Of a stretch of 64,000 nt of DNA, positions 28,304 to 37,206 are shown one piece after another. Source of the stretch: an uncultured Candidatus Saccharibacteria bacterium (GTDB lineage: Bacteria > Patescibacteriota > Minisyncoccia > 2-02-FULL-40-12 > GWA2-44-9); contig CAZBFM010000001.1 in NCBI GenBank assembly GCA_964491455.1, positions 447,868-511,867 on the forward strand, in the 5' to 3' direction. The translations under genes and the position numbers were made by a program. The number at the start of each line of letters is the position of its first letter. The first letter of the stretch is position 1. The notes below the pieces were generated by a model that was not told the origin of the DNA, ran no database searches, and saw nothing but the letters and a program-made list of their open reading frames with translations.

Positions 28304-28849
28304 TTATAATTTCTTCATCTGCAAGAAGTCCAGCTCGACAGGCGTTTCGCGACCAAAGATGGTCACCAACACCTTCACGCGGCCCTTCTCTGCGTCTACC
28401 TCGGATACCTTTCCATCGAAGTCCTTGAATGGCCCGTCCGAAATCTTCACGCGCTCACCGACTGCAACATCCACCTTGTACTTCGGCTCTTCCACACCCA
28501 TACGAGCAAGGAGCCCGTCGATTTCTGCTTTGGCAAGCGGCGTTGGCGTCGTACCTGCGCCGATGAATCCGGTGACGCTCGGCGTGTTGCGGACAACGTA
28601 CCATGAGTCATCGGATACAATCATCTCTACCAGTACATACCCAGGATAGATCTTATCCTCCACCACTTCACGTTTGCCGCCTTTGACGCGGATCTTTTTT
28701 TCTTTGGGAACGAGTACGGAAAAAATCTTATCCTCAAATCCAAGCGACTCGATACGCTGGAGCAAGTTACGAGCAACACTATCCTCATACCCTGAATAGG
28801 TATGGATTGCGTACCACTCTCGTTGTCCGGTGCTTGCTTGCTTTGCCAT
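28304..28849 (-). CDS. nusG: transcription termination/antitermination factor NusG
   Basis: NGN domain WYAIHTYSGYE and C-terminal KOW motif. Confidence 0.9.
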   Translation of the reverse strand: MAKQASTGQREWYAIHTYSGYEDSVARNLLQRIESLGFEDKIFSVLVPKEKKIRVKGGKREVVEDKIYPGYVLVEMIVSDDSWYVVRNTPSVTGFIGAGTTPTPLAKAEIDGLLARMGVEEPKYKVDVAVGERVKISDGPFKDFDGKVSEVDAEKGRVKVLVTIFGRETPVELDFLQMKKL

Positions 28850-28863
28850 AGGTGCGATAGAAA

Positions 28864-29046
28864 TTAACCCAGTACGAGACTCAAAATCTTGGCAAACAAG
28901 GTATCAAGTCCGCCAAGGTATACAGCAACAAATAAGCTCAAACCGATAACAACCGCGGTGTAGGCGGTGAGTTGCTGTCGAGATGGCCAGCTTACCTTGC
29001 TGAGCTCGACGCGCACTTCTCGTAAGAATGTAGCGATAGTTGTCAT
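28864..29046 (-). CDS. secE: preprotein translocase subunit SecE
   Basis: 60-aa single-TM protein (FLREVRVELSKVSWPSRQQL...) in the conserved position upstream of nusG. Start trimmed to the internal ATG. Confidence 0.7.
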   Translation of the reverse strand: MTTIATFLREVRVELSKVSWPSRQQLTAYTAVVIGLSLFVAVYLGGLDTLFAKILSLVLG

Positions 29047-29124
29047 TGGCTCTAAAAAGCGCCCGCAGGCGTTATGCACAGATTACCAGAATGAGCACTG
29101 CATGTCAATTGGCCCGTGAAACGC

Positions 29125-31236
29125 TTAAATATCGATATTCTGCACCGATCGCGCATGGGTCTGAATGAACTTCTTGCGTGGCGCCACCTCAGCTCCCATG
29201 AGCACATCGAAGACACGATCGGCCTCTTGAGCATCTTCGATCCCCACCTTCAAAAGGATACGATTTGCTGGGTTCATAGTGGTGTCCCAGAGCTGCTCGG
29301 CATTCATTTCTCCAAGACCTTTGTAGCGCTGAATCGTGAGGCCGGAAATCTTAACAACACCGTCCTGCTCTGGCTCTTCGTCGCCCTCCCCTGGCTGTTT
29401 CATAGTATCGGACGCGCCATCGACGGCTTCAGCTTCAAAATCACCGAACGCCTTCTTTGACGCCTCTTTTTTTGCGGCCTTTTTATCTGCGACGCCCTGA
29501 CCTGCAAGCTGTGCGTACTGCGCGACAACGGCATCCTTCTCTTCGTCGCTGTACACATACTGCACGTGTCCACTCTTGGCGATGCGATACAGTGGTGGCT
29601 GTGCGATGTAGATATAGCCCGCGTCAATGAGTTGCGGGAAGTGCCGATAGAAGAGCGTCAGCAAAAGCGTCCGGATGTGTGCGCCATCCACATCGGCATC
29701 CGTCATAATAACAATCTTGTGGTAGCGAAGCTTTGCAATATCAAATTCATCTGCGATTGCGGTGCCCAATGCAATGATAAGTGAACGAACGGATTCGGAG
29801 CCAAGCATCTTATCAATTCTGGCGCGCTCAACGTTCAAAATCTTTCCGCGGAGCGGCAAAATCGCTTGGAAATTTCGGTCACGTCCCTGCTTTGCGGTAC
29901 CACCTGCCGAATCTCCCTCAACGATGAAGAGCTCAGTCTCCTCGGCAGAACGGCTCGAGCAATCCGCAAGCTTACCTGGCAACGAGAAGCCGTCCATCGC
30001 GCCCTTGCGAAGTACGGTATCGCGAGCAGCTTTGGCGGCAACACGTGCTTTTGCGGCAAGAATAACCGTGTCCAAAATCGCGCGCGCATCGGTCGGATTT
30101 CGATCAAGCCAATCAGCAAGCTCGGAATTCATTACCGTCTCCACCGCAGCTCGAGCCTCGGGAGTACCAAGCTTCGCCTTTGTTTGACCTTCGAACTGCG
30201 GCTCGCGTAGCTTGACCGCCAATATAGCGACCAATCCCTCGCGAACATCGTCACCGGTTAGATTGTCGTCCTTTTCTTTCAAAAAGCCATTCTTGCGAGC
30301 GTAGTCGTTGAGCGAACGAGTAATCGATGTCTTAAATCCCGTAATGTGCGTGCCCCCCTCGACGGTGTGGATGTTGTTGGCAAAGCTGATTTCTTTGGTT
30401 GATAGATCATCGACATACTGGAATGCAACCTCGACATCGATATCTTGCTGCTCCTTGTGCACATAGAAAATCGCCTTATGCTTCGGCTCTATACCGTGAT
30501 TAAGGAAACTCACATATGAAACCAATCCGCCCTCAAAGTGGAACGTGTGGCTAGGATACTGTGGCTCTTTTGCGCCGGGTGGCTTCACGCCTTCACGCGC
30601 ATCGATAACATCAATGGTGATACCGGCGGTCAGATACGCCTGCTGACGAAGATGCGCAAGGATGGTGTCCCACTTGTAACCGCGTTCTTTGAAAATTTCT
30701 GGGTCGGGCTTGAACGTAATGATGGTGCCATGCTTTTTTGAATCGCCAATACGCTTCACCGGTTTTTTGACTTTGCCTTGCGCATACTCCTGCACAAAAA
30801 CACCACCGTCGCGATGGACTTCTGCCTTCACATATTCGGAAAGTGCATTCACAACGGAAGCACCGACTCCGTGCAAACCTCCAGACACCTTGTACGCATC
30901 TCCGCCGAATTTGCCACCTGCGTGCAAGGTGGTCATGATTGTTTCAAGCGCAGACACTCCTGATTGCTTGTGCTTCTCAACGGGTATACCGCGACCATTA
31001 TCCTCTACAGACACCATCTCATCGGGAAGAAGAGTGACCTTGATGTGATCTGCGTGTCCGCCCATCGCTTCATCAAGCGAGTTATCAAAAATCTCCCATA
31101 TCAAGTGGTGGAGACCATCGATTCCGGTGCCACCGATATACATACCAGGACGCTTTCGAACGGGTTCGAGGCCCTCTAAAACAAAAATATCCGCCGCGGT
31201 ATATGAGTTATTTTTGGGTTCCTTCGTAGTTGCCAT
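29125..31236 (-). CDS. gyrB: DNA gyrase subunit B
   Basis: GHKL ATPase (VLEGLEPVRKRPGMYIGGT, HHLIWEIFDNSLDE), Toprim EGDSAGG and PLRGKILNVE. Confidence 0.95.
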   Translation of the reverse strand: MATTKEPKNNSYTAADIFVLEGLEPVRKRPGMYIGGTGIDGLHHLIWEIFDNSLDEAMGGHADHIKVTLLPDEMVSVEDNGRGIPVEKHKQSGVSALETIMTTLHAGGKFGGDAYKVSGGLHGVGASVVNALSEYVKAEVHRDGGVFVQEYAQGKVKKPVKRIGDSKKHGTIITFKPDPEIFKERGYKWDTILAHLRQQAYLTAGITIDVIDAREGVKPPGAKEPQYPSHTFHFEGGLVSYVSFLNHGIEPKHKAIFYVHKEQQDIDVEVAFQYVDDLSTKEISFANNIHTVEGGTHITGFKTSITRSLNDYARKNGFLKEKDDNLTGDDVREGLVAILAVKLREPQFEGQTKAKLGTPEARAAVETVMNSELADWLDRNPTDARAILDTVILAAKARVAAKAARDTVLRKGAMDGFSLPGKLADCSSRSAEETELFIVEGDSAGGTAKQGRDRNFQAILPLRGKILNVERARIDKMLGSESVRSLIIALGTAIADEFDIAKLRYHKIVIMTDADVDGAHIRTLLLTLFYRHFPQLIDAGYIYIAQPPLYRIAKSGHVQYVYSDEEKDAVVAQYAQLAGQGVADKKAAKKEASKKAFGDFEAEAVDGASDTMKQPGEGDEEPEQDGVVKISGLTIQRYKGLGEMNAEQLWDTTMNPANRILLKVGIEDAQEADRVFDVLMGAEVAPRKKFIQTHARSVQNIDI

Positions 31237-31335
31237 ACTGTAGTACGATTCTAGCAGTTTAGGATAATAAATCAACACACCATATAACTCGCAAAAGCCT
31301 CAAAAAACTGGGAATATCGCATCTTGTTGTCACTC

Positions 31336-31617
31336 TCACCCTAATGCCTTGTACGCATCGCGTACGTGACGCACACCCTCAAGAATCTGTGGCGAAATAC
31401 GCTTGAATCTCGGATCAAACAGTGCGAACGTTAGCACCCCAACAGCATCAGGGACCCTACCCGCTCTAACAAACTCTTCCGCTTCACGCATCTTAGCAGC
31501 TAACTTTGCAGGCATTTTTTCGGAAGGATTCTTTTGTCCCAAGGAGCGCTCGAGAGATTCCAGTGCACTCTTGAGAATACCCAGCACCTCAACAGAATCC
31601 CCACGATTTAGAGCCAT
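31336..31617 (-). CDS. hypothetical small protein (93 aa)
   Basis: Track ORF in a same-strand run between pheT and gyrB. No motif recognised. Confidence 0.4.
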   Translation of the reverse strand: MALNRGDSVEVLGILKSALESLERSLGQKNPSEKMPAKLAAKMREAEEFVRAGRVPDAVGVLTFALFDPRFKRISPQILEGVRHVRDAYKALG

Positions 31618-31635
31618 TGTATATTCATTGGAAAG

Positions 31636-31935
31636 TTATTCCATAGCGTCTCGGCTGGGTTTGAGTCCGGAGAATCCGGCATCAATCCAAATTCGAGCAC
31701 AACGAACAATGTTTCTAGCTTTGTCGGGAGTCTCTATGCCAACTTCAAAGAGATCCGCGTCGGATTTCCAATCATCCAGCAAATCTTGCACGTGCACAGC
31801 GTGGGGAATTGACTCGCTATGGTAATCCCTGATGCCTTCGGCTTTCAAGGCACGTGCCGCTTCGAGTACGCGCTCGTAGCTGATCGGTTTTCGCTCAAGG
31901 CGGGGTTCGAGATTCTGAGGAATACTCTCGCTCAT
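31636..31935 (-). CDS. hypothetical small protein (99 aa)
   Basis: Its start codon overlaps the pheT stop (ATGA, 4-bp overlap). Confidence 0.45.
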   Translation of the reverse strand: MSESIPQNLEPRLERKPISYERVLEAARALKAEGIRDYHSESIPHAVHVQDLLDDWKSDADLFEVGIETPDKARNIVRCARIWIDAGFSGLKPSRDAME

Positions 31936-34013
31936 CGTATTTTTGCTCCAAGTTGCGCCTGAAGAGCCTGCTGGATCTCCAACAGTGCCTTTTCCACTTC
32001 GATATCCGTCAGCGTACGCTCATCGGAGCGAAATACGATATGGAACGCGACACTCTTCACCAGCGACCTCTCGGCGGCATCTTCGTTTTGCTTTTCTTTT
32101 CCCGTGGGAACGAAGATATCAAATACGTCCACATCCTGCACGAGCTGCTGGGTATCAGATTCCTGCACGACCTGAAGAATAGTGTCGATCTGAGTGGCTT
32201 GAGGAACCAAGATTGCCACGTCACGAATGACATCGGGGTATTTCGGTAATGGCTCAAATTCGCGCTCGCGCTGTGCAGACTCTATAAGAGACCGTAAATC
32301 AAGCTCGGCAACCGCGGCAGATCCCTTGAGCTTCAAGGCGGACGCAACACGACCATGCACTGAACCAATAAAACCGATAACTCGATCATTGCCATCTCGT
32401 ATCACAGCACGTCGACCTGGCAGCGTCGCGTTAATGGCACCCGCATCCCACGCCATTGGCTCCGCATCATCAAAATAGACATCAGCCAATCCCAATCGCT
32501 CAGCGATGAGACTCACCGCGCCCTTAAGATCAAAGAACATCTCGCGCGATGTATCTCGATGAGCCGCAACGAGGCTGATTCTGCTTTGTTCCTTGCCCTC
32601 TCCAACGCTCCTAAATACATGGCCGGTCTCAAATAACTGCACCGCGTCATGAAAACGAAGATTATCTCGCGCATTGATCAAAAGTCGCGGAACGAGAGAT
32701 GTGCGCAACCATCGATATTCGGGCGATTGAGGCTGTGCCAATTCATAGGCATGTGTAGCCTTGAGCACTTCCATCATTTCATCTGAAAGAAACACGTAGT
32801 TGTACACCTCACTATACCCAGCGCCGACCAATAGTCGCCCAATCGCGCTTCGCTCCCGCAGATACGTATACTCATCCCAAACCACAGCGGTCTCCTCTTT
32901 CACCCATGAGTGCTCACTATAGATAGGAAGCGCCGGAGCAATCGACGTGATAGCATCAAAGCCATACACCCTGCCGATTTCTTCGGCGAGATCCTCTTGC
33001 CCAATTACATCCGATCGTCTCGTGGGTATTTCGACAATGCACTTCTCACTCTGCTCACGCTGCACCTGAAAACCTAGCGACTCCAAAATTCCCTGCATCT
33101 GCGAAGACTGCAATTCAATGCCAAGAAGATCGCGGACGTACTGCTCGTCCAGGAGCACCGATCGACTCGTCACCGGATGAGGGTACACATCCACAATGGA
33201 AGAATGCGCGCTTCCCTGCGCCACCTTGGCAATCAATTCTGCGGCGCGCTGAAGTGCGGGTGCGGTGAGATTCGGATCGACTCCATATGAGAAACGAATC
33301 GAAGCATCCGTTCGGAGATTGAGCTTGCGAGATGTTGCCCGGATAGATTCGGGCAGAAAATTCGCCGCCTCCAAAAGGATATCCGTTGTGTTCTCGCTAA
33401 TGCCCGTCCCCACTCCTCCCTTGATACCCGCAAGCGCGATGGGCATGTCACCGTCGGCAATCACCAACATCGTCTCGTCGAGAGCATATGTAGTCCTGGC
33501 TTCATCAAGCGCCACAAGCTGCTCACCAGCGCGAGCAAGTCGAACGTCAATCTGCTTCACACTCGATGCGTCGAATGCATGCATGGGTTGACCTAATTCC
33601 AGCATCACATAATTGGTCACGTCGACCACATTGTTGATGCTCTGCAATCCGCATAACGCCAATCGCTCCACGAGCCACGTTGGTGATGGTCCAATGCGAA
33701 CATTCCGAATCAATAAACCGCTATAACGCACACAAGATGCATCGTGAATCGTCACCTTCTTGACAGGCTCATCGCTGACACGCCACTCATAAGAGGGTGC
33801 CGTGAATCGCTGCGACGTTAGCGCCGCTAACTCACGGGCAACACCGAGGTGTGACAACGCGTCGGGTCGATTTGGCAAAATATCAATATCGAGTACGCCC
33901 GGCACATCAGAAAGCACTACCTCAAACGCTTTCGACGTCAATAATGCAGACGCATCTTCAATCGATAATGACGAGGCCGAAAGTTCCTGTATCCATGCAA
34001 ACGAAAATTTCAT
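31932..34013 (-). CDS. pheT: phenylalanyl-tRNA synthetase beta subunit (short form, 693 aa, no EMAP/tRNA-binding domain)
   Basis: N-terminus [12 protein letters not shown]3/B4 and B5 domains, and FDAS-like C-terminal core. Overlaps pheS by 3 bp. Confidence 0.9.
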   Translation of the reverse strand: MKFSFAWIQELSASSLSIEDASALLTSKAFEVVLSDVPGVLDIDILPNRPDALSHLGVARELAALTSQRFTAPSYEWRVSDEPVKKVTIHDASCVRYSGLLIRNVRIGPSPTWLVERLALCGLQSINNVVDVTNYVMLELGQPMHAFDASSVKQIDVRLARAGEQLVALDEARTTYALDETMLVIADGDMPIALAGIKGGVGTGISENTTDILLEAANFLPESIRATSRKLNLRTDASIRFSYGVDPNLTAPALQRAAELIAKVAQGSAHSSIVDVYPHPVTSRSVLLDEQYVRDLLGIELQSSQMQGILESLGFQVQREQSEKCIVEIPTRRSDVIGQEDLAEEIGRVYGFDAITSIAPALPIYSEHSWVKEETAVVWDEYTYLRERSAIGRLLVGAGYSEVYNYVFLSDEMMEVLKATHAYELAQPQSPEYRWLRTSLVPRLLINARDNLRFHDAVQLFETGHVFRSVGEGKEQSRISLVAAHRDTSREMFFDLKGAVSLIAERLGLADVYFDDAEPMAWDAGAINATLPGRRAVIRDGNDRVIGFIGSVHGRVASALKLKGSAAVAELDLRSLIESAQREREFEPLPKYPDVIRDVAILVPQATQIDTILQVVQESDTQQLVQDVDVFDIFVPTGKEKQNEDAAERSLVKSVAFHIVFRSDERTLTDIEVEKALLEIQQALQAQLGAKIR

Positions 34014-34015
34014 AG

Positions 34016-35026
34016 CTAAAATTGCTTAAGAAAACGAAGGTCGCCACCGTTGAAAAGTCGAATATCATCTATCTTATATTTCAGCATCGCCATGCGCTCG
34101 AGTGCCATACCGAATGCGAAGCCCTGCATCTCGCCACGAACATAGCCAACATTTTCGAACACCTGCTGGTGCACCATGCCGGCGCCAGCGACTTCGAGCC
34201 ACCGCCCCGCGAGCTTCCCAGAGCTACCCCTGATGTACACCTCAACACCCGGCTCGACGAATGGGAAATAGCTCGCGTTAAATCGAACCTGAATGTGCTT
34301 GTCATTGAAGAACCGCTGATAGAAATGCTCCATGACTCCCTTTAAATTCGCCATCGACGGCGCTTGCTCGCCTTTTCGAGCCACCATCAAGCCCTCAATT
34401 TGATGAAATTGAAACTCATGCGTCGCATCAGTAGACTCATTACGATAGACACGCCCAGGGACCACGATACGAAATGGTGGTTGATGTGCCTGCATAAACC
34501 GAATCTGCATCGGACTCGTATGGGCACGCATAAGATGCTGCATACCCTTGAGCCAGAATGTATCCTGCATCGTTCGTGAAGGATGATCAGGAGGTGAGTT
34601 GAGTGCGTCAAAATTCGCCCACTCGGTTTCGACCTCTGGACCCTCTAGGATGCGAAATCCCATTGAGGCAAAAATGGCGTTGATATCATCTTGTGTTTGC
34701 GTCAACGGGTGTATATGCCCAACCGACACTACGCCACGAGAGGGCGCGGTAACGTCAATCTTCTCCAGCGCCTCGTAAGCCGCATTCTCGAGTCGCTCTC
34801 TTGCATCTCCAAAGGCAGACTCAAGTTGTTGACGCAACTCATTGGCTACTTGGCCGAGACGACGCCGATCATCTTCAGTTTTGTCCTTGAGCGTTCTCAA
34901 AAATAAAGACAATTCAGAACTCCTCCCTAAATGTCTCACCCTCGCTAATTCAAGCTCCGCAAGACTGCGGAGATTCTCTAAATCCTTTTGAGCAACTTCC
35001 TTGAGATGGTCGAGTGTGCTAGTCAT
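34016..35026 (-). CDS. pheS: phenylalanyl-tRNA synthetase alpha subunit
   Basis: Class II motifs: HPLTQTQDDINAIFASMGF, SPPDHPSRTMQDTFWL and GFAFGMALERM. Confidence 0.9.
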   Translation of the reverse strand: MTSTLDHLKEVAQKDLENLRSLAELELARVRHLGRSSELSLFLRTLKDKTEDDRRRLGQVANELRQQLESAFGDARERLENAAYEALEKIDVTAPSRGVVSVGHIHPLTQTQDDINAIFASMGFRILEGPEVETEWANFDALNSPPDHPSRTMQDTFWLKGMQHLMRAHTSPMQIRFMQAHQPPFRIVVPGRVYRNESTDATHEFQFHQIEGLMVARKGEQAPSMANLKGVMEHFYQRFFNDKHIQVRFNASYFPFVEPGVEVYIRGSSGKLAGRWLEVAGAGMVHQQVFENVGYVRGEMQGFAFGMALERMAMLKYKIDDIRLFNGGDLRFLKQF

Positions 35027-35381
35027 GATGTTGAGTGAATCTTCGTAGATGCCACCAGGCACCCAGCGATCCTACCAGTGTAGCCAAAAGAGCGCCACCC
35101 AGCAATCTCGGCGAGCCCAACAGCGATTGGCGCGTGAGAATCAATAACACGGTCGTAAGAGCGGGTATGAGCGACACCCACACTGCCTGCGACATGCTCT
35201 GCCTCAACACCAAAAGTGTCGTAGCCATCAAACTCCAAACCGCTATAGCGCAGGAAACGATAAGAAAGCTCACTACGAGAGCGGTCGCACCATCAGGAGT
35301 TGAAAGCGTGACAATCACTCCTACTGCGCTCACCGAAAAGACCAAACTAAAGAATGTTACGATGGATGGCCTTACTTTCAT
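35019..35381 (-). CDS. hypothetical small membrane protein (120 aa, 3-4 TM)
   Basis: Track ORF 35019..35567 trimmed to the ATG at 35381. The discarded N-terminus is antisense to tRNA-Asp and began with GTG. Confidence 0.4.
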   Translation of the reverse strand: MKVRPSIVTFFSLVFSVSAVGVIVTLSTPDGATALVVSFLIVSCAIAVWSLMATTLLVLRQSMSQAVWVSLIPALTTVLLILTRQSLLGSPRLLGGALLATLVGSLGAWWHLRRFTQHHD

Positions 35382-35477
35382 AGCGTAAGTATACCAGAAT
35401 CGCGACAGCACTTCCCTTTTAGTCGGAAATGAGCTATAGTTTGTCCTGCAATTGCGATGGTACGTCGTACCATGCTT

Positions 35478-35551
35478 GCGGTGGTAGCTCAGCTGGTTAG
35501 AGCGCTTCCCTGTCACGGAAGAGGTCGCGAGTTCGAATCTCGTCCACCGCG
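35478..35551 (+). tRNA. tRNA-Asp (anticodon GTC)
   Basis: Acceptor stem GCGGTGG/CCACCGC. D-arm GCTC-AGCTGGTTA-GAGC. Anticodon stem CTTCC/GGAAG with loop CTGTCAC. T-arm GCGAG-TTCGAAT-CTCGT. Discriminator G. No CCA. Confidence 0.85.
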
Positions 35552-35554
35552 CAT

Positions 35555-35589
35555 ATGAATACAACACCCACTTCGGGTGTTGTATTCAT
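35555..35589 (+). repeat. perfect 15-bp inverted repeat ATGAATACAACACCC-acttc-GGGTGTTGTATTCAT directly after tRNA-Asp
   Basis: Hairpin without a U-tract. It is followed at 35604-35617 by an inverted 14-nt copy (1 mismatch) of the tRNA-Asp T-arm/3' end, GACGAGACTCGAAC. Confidence 0.5.
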
Positions 35590-35722
35590 ACTGTGTTCGT
35601 AATGACGAGACTCGAACGCCGGACAGATGCAACACCCGCTGGCGTTGCCAGGAGGCGGTGACTAGCCCGAACCGAGCGGCGGCAGGGCGAGAGGCGAAGC
35701 CGAATCGCTCATGCCGCGCAAG

Positions 35723-35745
35723 AAAAAAGCCACCGTCGAGGTGGC
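35723..35745 (-). terminator. rho-independent terminator GCCACC-tcgac-GGTGGC + T6 (minus strand)
   Basis: Lies 7 nt downstream of the stop of the 35752..36216 gene. Confidence 0.55.
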
Positions 35746-35751
35746 GTTGGC

Positions 35752-36216
35752 CTACTGTTCTAATTTCACATTCCACCAAATGCGATCGATGGCACGAGTG
35801 CCATCGTAAGTCTCGTCGTGCTCTTCGGGCACCAAGGTCGTATTGGATCCATTGGAAATGGCGCGACCGTGTCCAAGAGCAAATCCGATATGAGCATGCT
35901 GCGCGCCACTAGCCCCCTGTCGAGCTTCCCACACCAACACCGCACCTTCACGCGGTTCTGATATCTGCTTCCACCCGGAAGCAGCAAGATCCCGCTCAAG
36001 CCCCGCAACACCGGTATGCATGTCGCCAATGAGCTTGTTAAGATACAAGATTCCGGACGCAAAGAATCCACAGGACAAAGCGCCGTCACGCAAAATATCC
36101 TTCTTTTCCCCGTCTACGGTAGCAATGACATTTCGGAACAGGTGCGTCTCACCGCGCACGCTATTGCGTACCATTGTCATGTACGACTCAAACGTGTTGA
36201 TAATTACCGTTGCCAT
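35752..36216 (-). CDS. putative papain-fold (CHAP / NlpC-P60-like) hydrolase, 154 aa
   Basis: Candidate catalytic Cys (DGALSCGFFASGILY) followed by His (QHAHIGFALGHGRAISNGSN). The track start was TTG at 36243, so the ATG at 36216 was chosen. Confidence 0.45.
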   Translation of the reverse strand: MATVIINTFESYMTMVRNSVRGETHLFRNVIATVDGEKKDILRDGALSCGFFASGILYLNKLIGDMHTGVAGLERDLAASGWKQISEPREGAVLVWEARQGASGAQHAHIGFALGHGRAISNGSNTTLVPEEHDETYDGTRAIDRIWWNVKLEQ

Positions 36217-36240
36217 GAAGTGAGTGTACACTGATTTCGG

Positions 36241-36270
36241 CAAAAGAAAAACGGCTTCGAGAAGCCGTTA
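36241..36270 (-). terminator. hairpin AACGGCT-tctcga-AGCCGTT + T-run (minus strand) overlapping the metzincin stop
   Basis: 7-9 bp stem. Minus-strand downstream sequence is TTTTCTTTTG. Confidence 0.45.
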
Positions 36271-37152
36271 TGAGTGCATACTGCAAATGATAGTCGTCTC
36301 CTGAGTAGACTCGCTCGCGCTGCCCATACCATCACCTTCGAATTCCTCGACGCCGCGCAAGCGCGTGCCAGGCATTCGATTGTAGAGCATTCGCAAGACT
36401 ATCTTCTCTTGTGGGGTATAATCGCCATTACTCCCCATAATCGTAGCCGACATCGTGCCGGAAACACCATCAGGCGTATGCCCTAATCCTAGTGTGTGAC
36501 CAATTTCATGCGTCAGCACCGTCTCAAACCAACCCTTGAAATCAACGTATTCCGGCGACGGGAAAACAATCGCCGCTGACTGAATTACACCCTCAGACGT
36601 ATGCAATACATGCGCCACTGCAACCGTACGCTCGAGCGTTCCATTGCCCTTTTGAAATGCATCATCGTGAGAATCAAAGTAGAGACGTACCGATACATCC
36701 GATGAGTAGTCATCCGCAACATAATGGACTGATTGCTGTGCGTTATTGATGACAGCGAGAACCTTACGCACACGCTCGCCCACTTCGGTACTTTTCATCT
36801 CTGACGGCAAGATGAGGCTCACTCGTCGCACATACAAGCCGAAGCGGATGGTCATTCCTTTATGATGCGCTAGAGATGCAGTCATCGAGAGCGGAAGGTG
36901 CTCATCATGCGGCCACAAAATCACCTGACCACCGCGCACCGTTTCTAAACTGAGAAAACCAGGCGCCTCTATACGGACACCCCGTGGTGTCGCACGCACG
37001 ACTGACGGGACCACCGGCAGACCCGTGCGCCCCGAAACAGCAGATGCGACGTTTGGACTCCCAGACACCCCCTGAAGGAACGTATCGTCACGAATCCCTC
37101 GTCCACACGCGCTCAACAACAACAGAAAAACCCACGCCACACGATGTGCCAT
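36268..37152 (-). CDS. secreted zinc metalloprotease lipoprotein (metzincin/matrixin-like)
   Basis: HEIGHTLGLGH (HExxHxxGxxH) motif. N-terminal lipoprotein signal VFLLLLSACG. Start moved to MAHRVAW. Confidence 0.7.
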   Translation of the reverse strand: MAHRVAWVFLLLLSACGRGIRDDTFLQGVSGSPNVASAVSGRTGLPVVPSVVRATPRGVRIEAPGFLSLETVRGGQVILWPHDEHLPLSMTASLAHHKGMTIRFGLYVRRVSLILPSEMKSTEVGERVRKVLAVINNAQQSVHYVADDYSSDVSVRLYFDSHDDAFQKGNGTLERTVAVAHVLHTSEGVIQSAAIVFPSPEYVDFKGWFETVLTHEIGHTLGLGHTPDGVSGTMSATIMGSNGDYTPQEKIVLRMLYNRMPGTRLRGVEEFEGDGMGSASESTQETTIICSMHS

Positions 37153-37206
37153 GATATGCCTCGTTGATAATGAACGGCGCAACTATGCGCCACAAAACCA
37201 GAAACG

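Noticed and set aside
35382-35567. N-terminal part of track ORF 35019..35567 (MLYSYARWTRFELATSSVTGKRSNQLSYH...)
   Set aside because: It begins with GTG and is the reverse-complement reading of tRNA-Asp (35478..35551) and its downstream hairpin. Only the C-terminal membrane-protein portion from the ATG at 35381 was kept.
35590-35660. Possible second tRNA or tRNA pseudogene on the minus strand (contains GTTCGAGTCTCGTC)
   Set aside because: The T-stem does not pair (CGGCG vs CTCGT) and there is no acceptor stem. The similarity is limited to a 14-nt inverted copy of the tRNA-Asp 3' arm.
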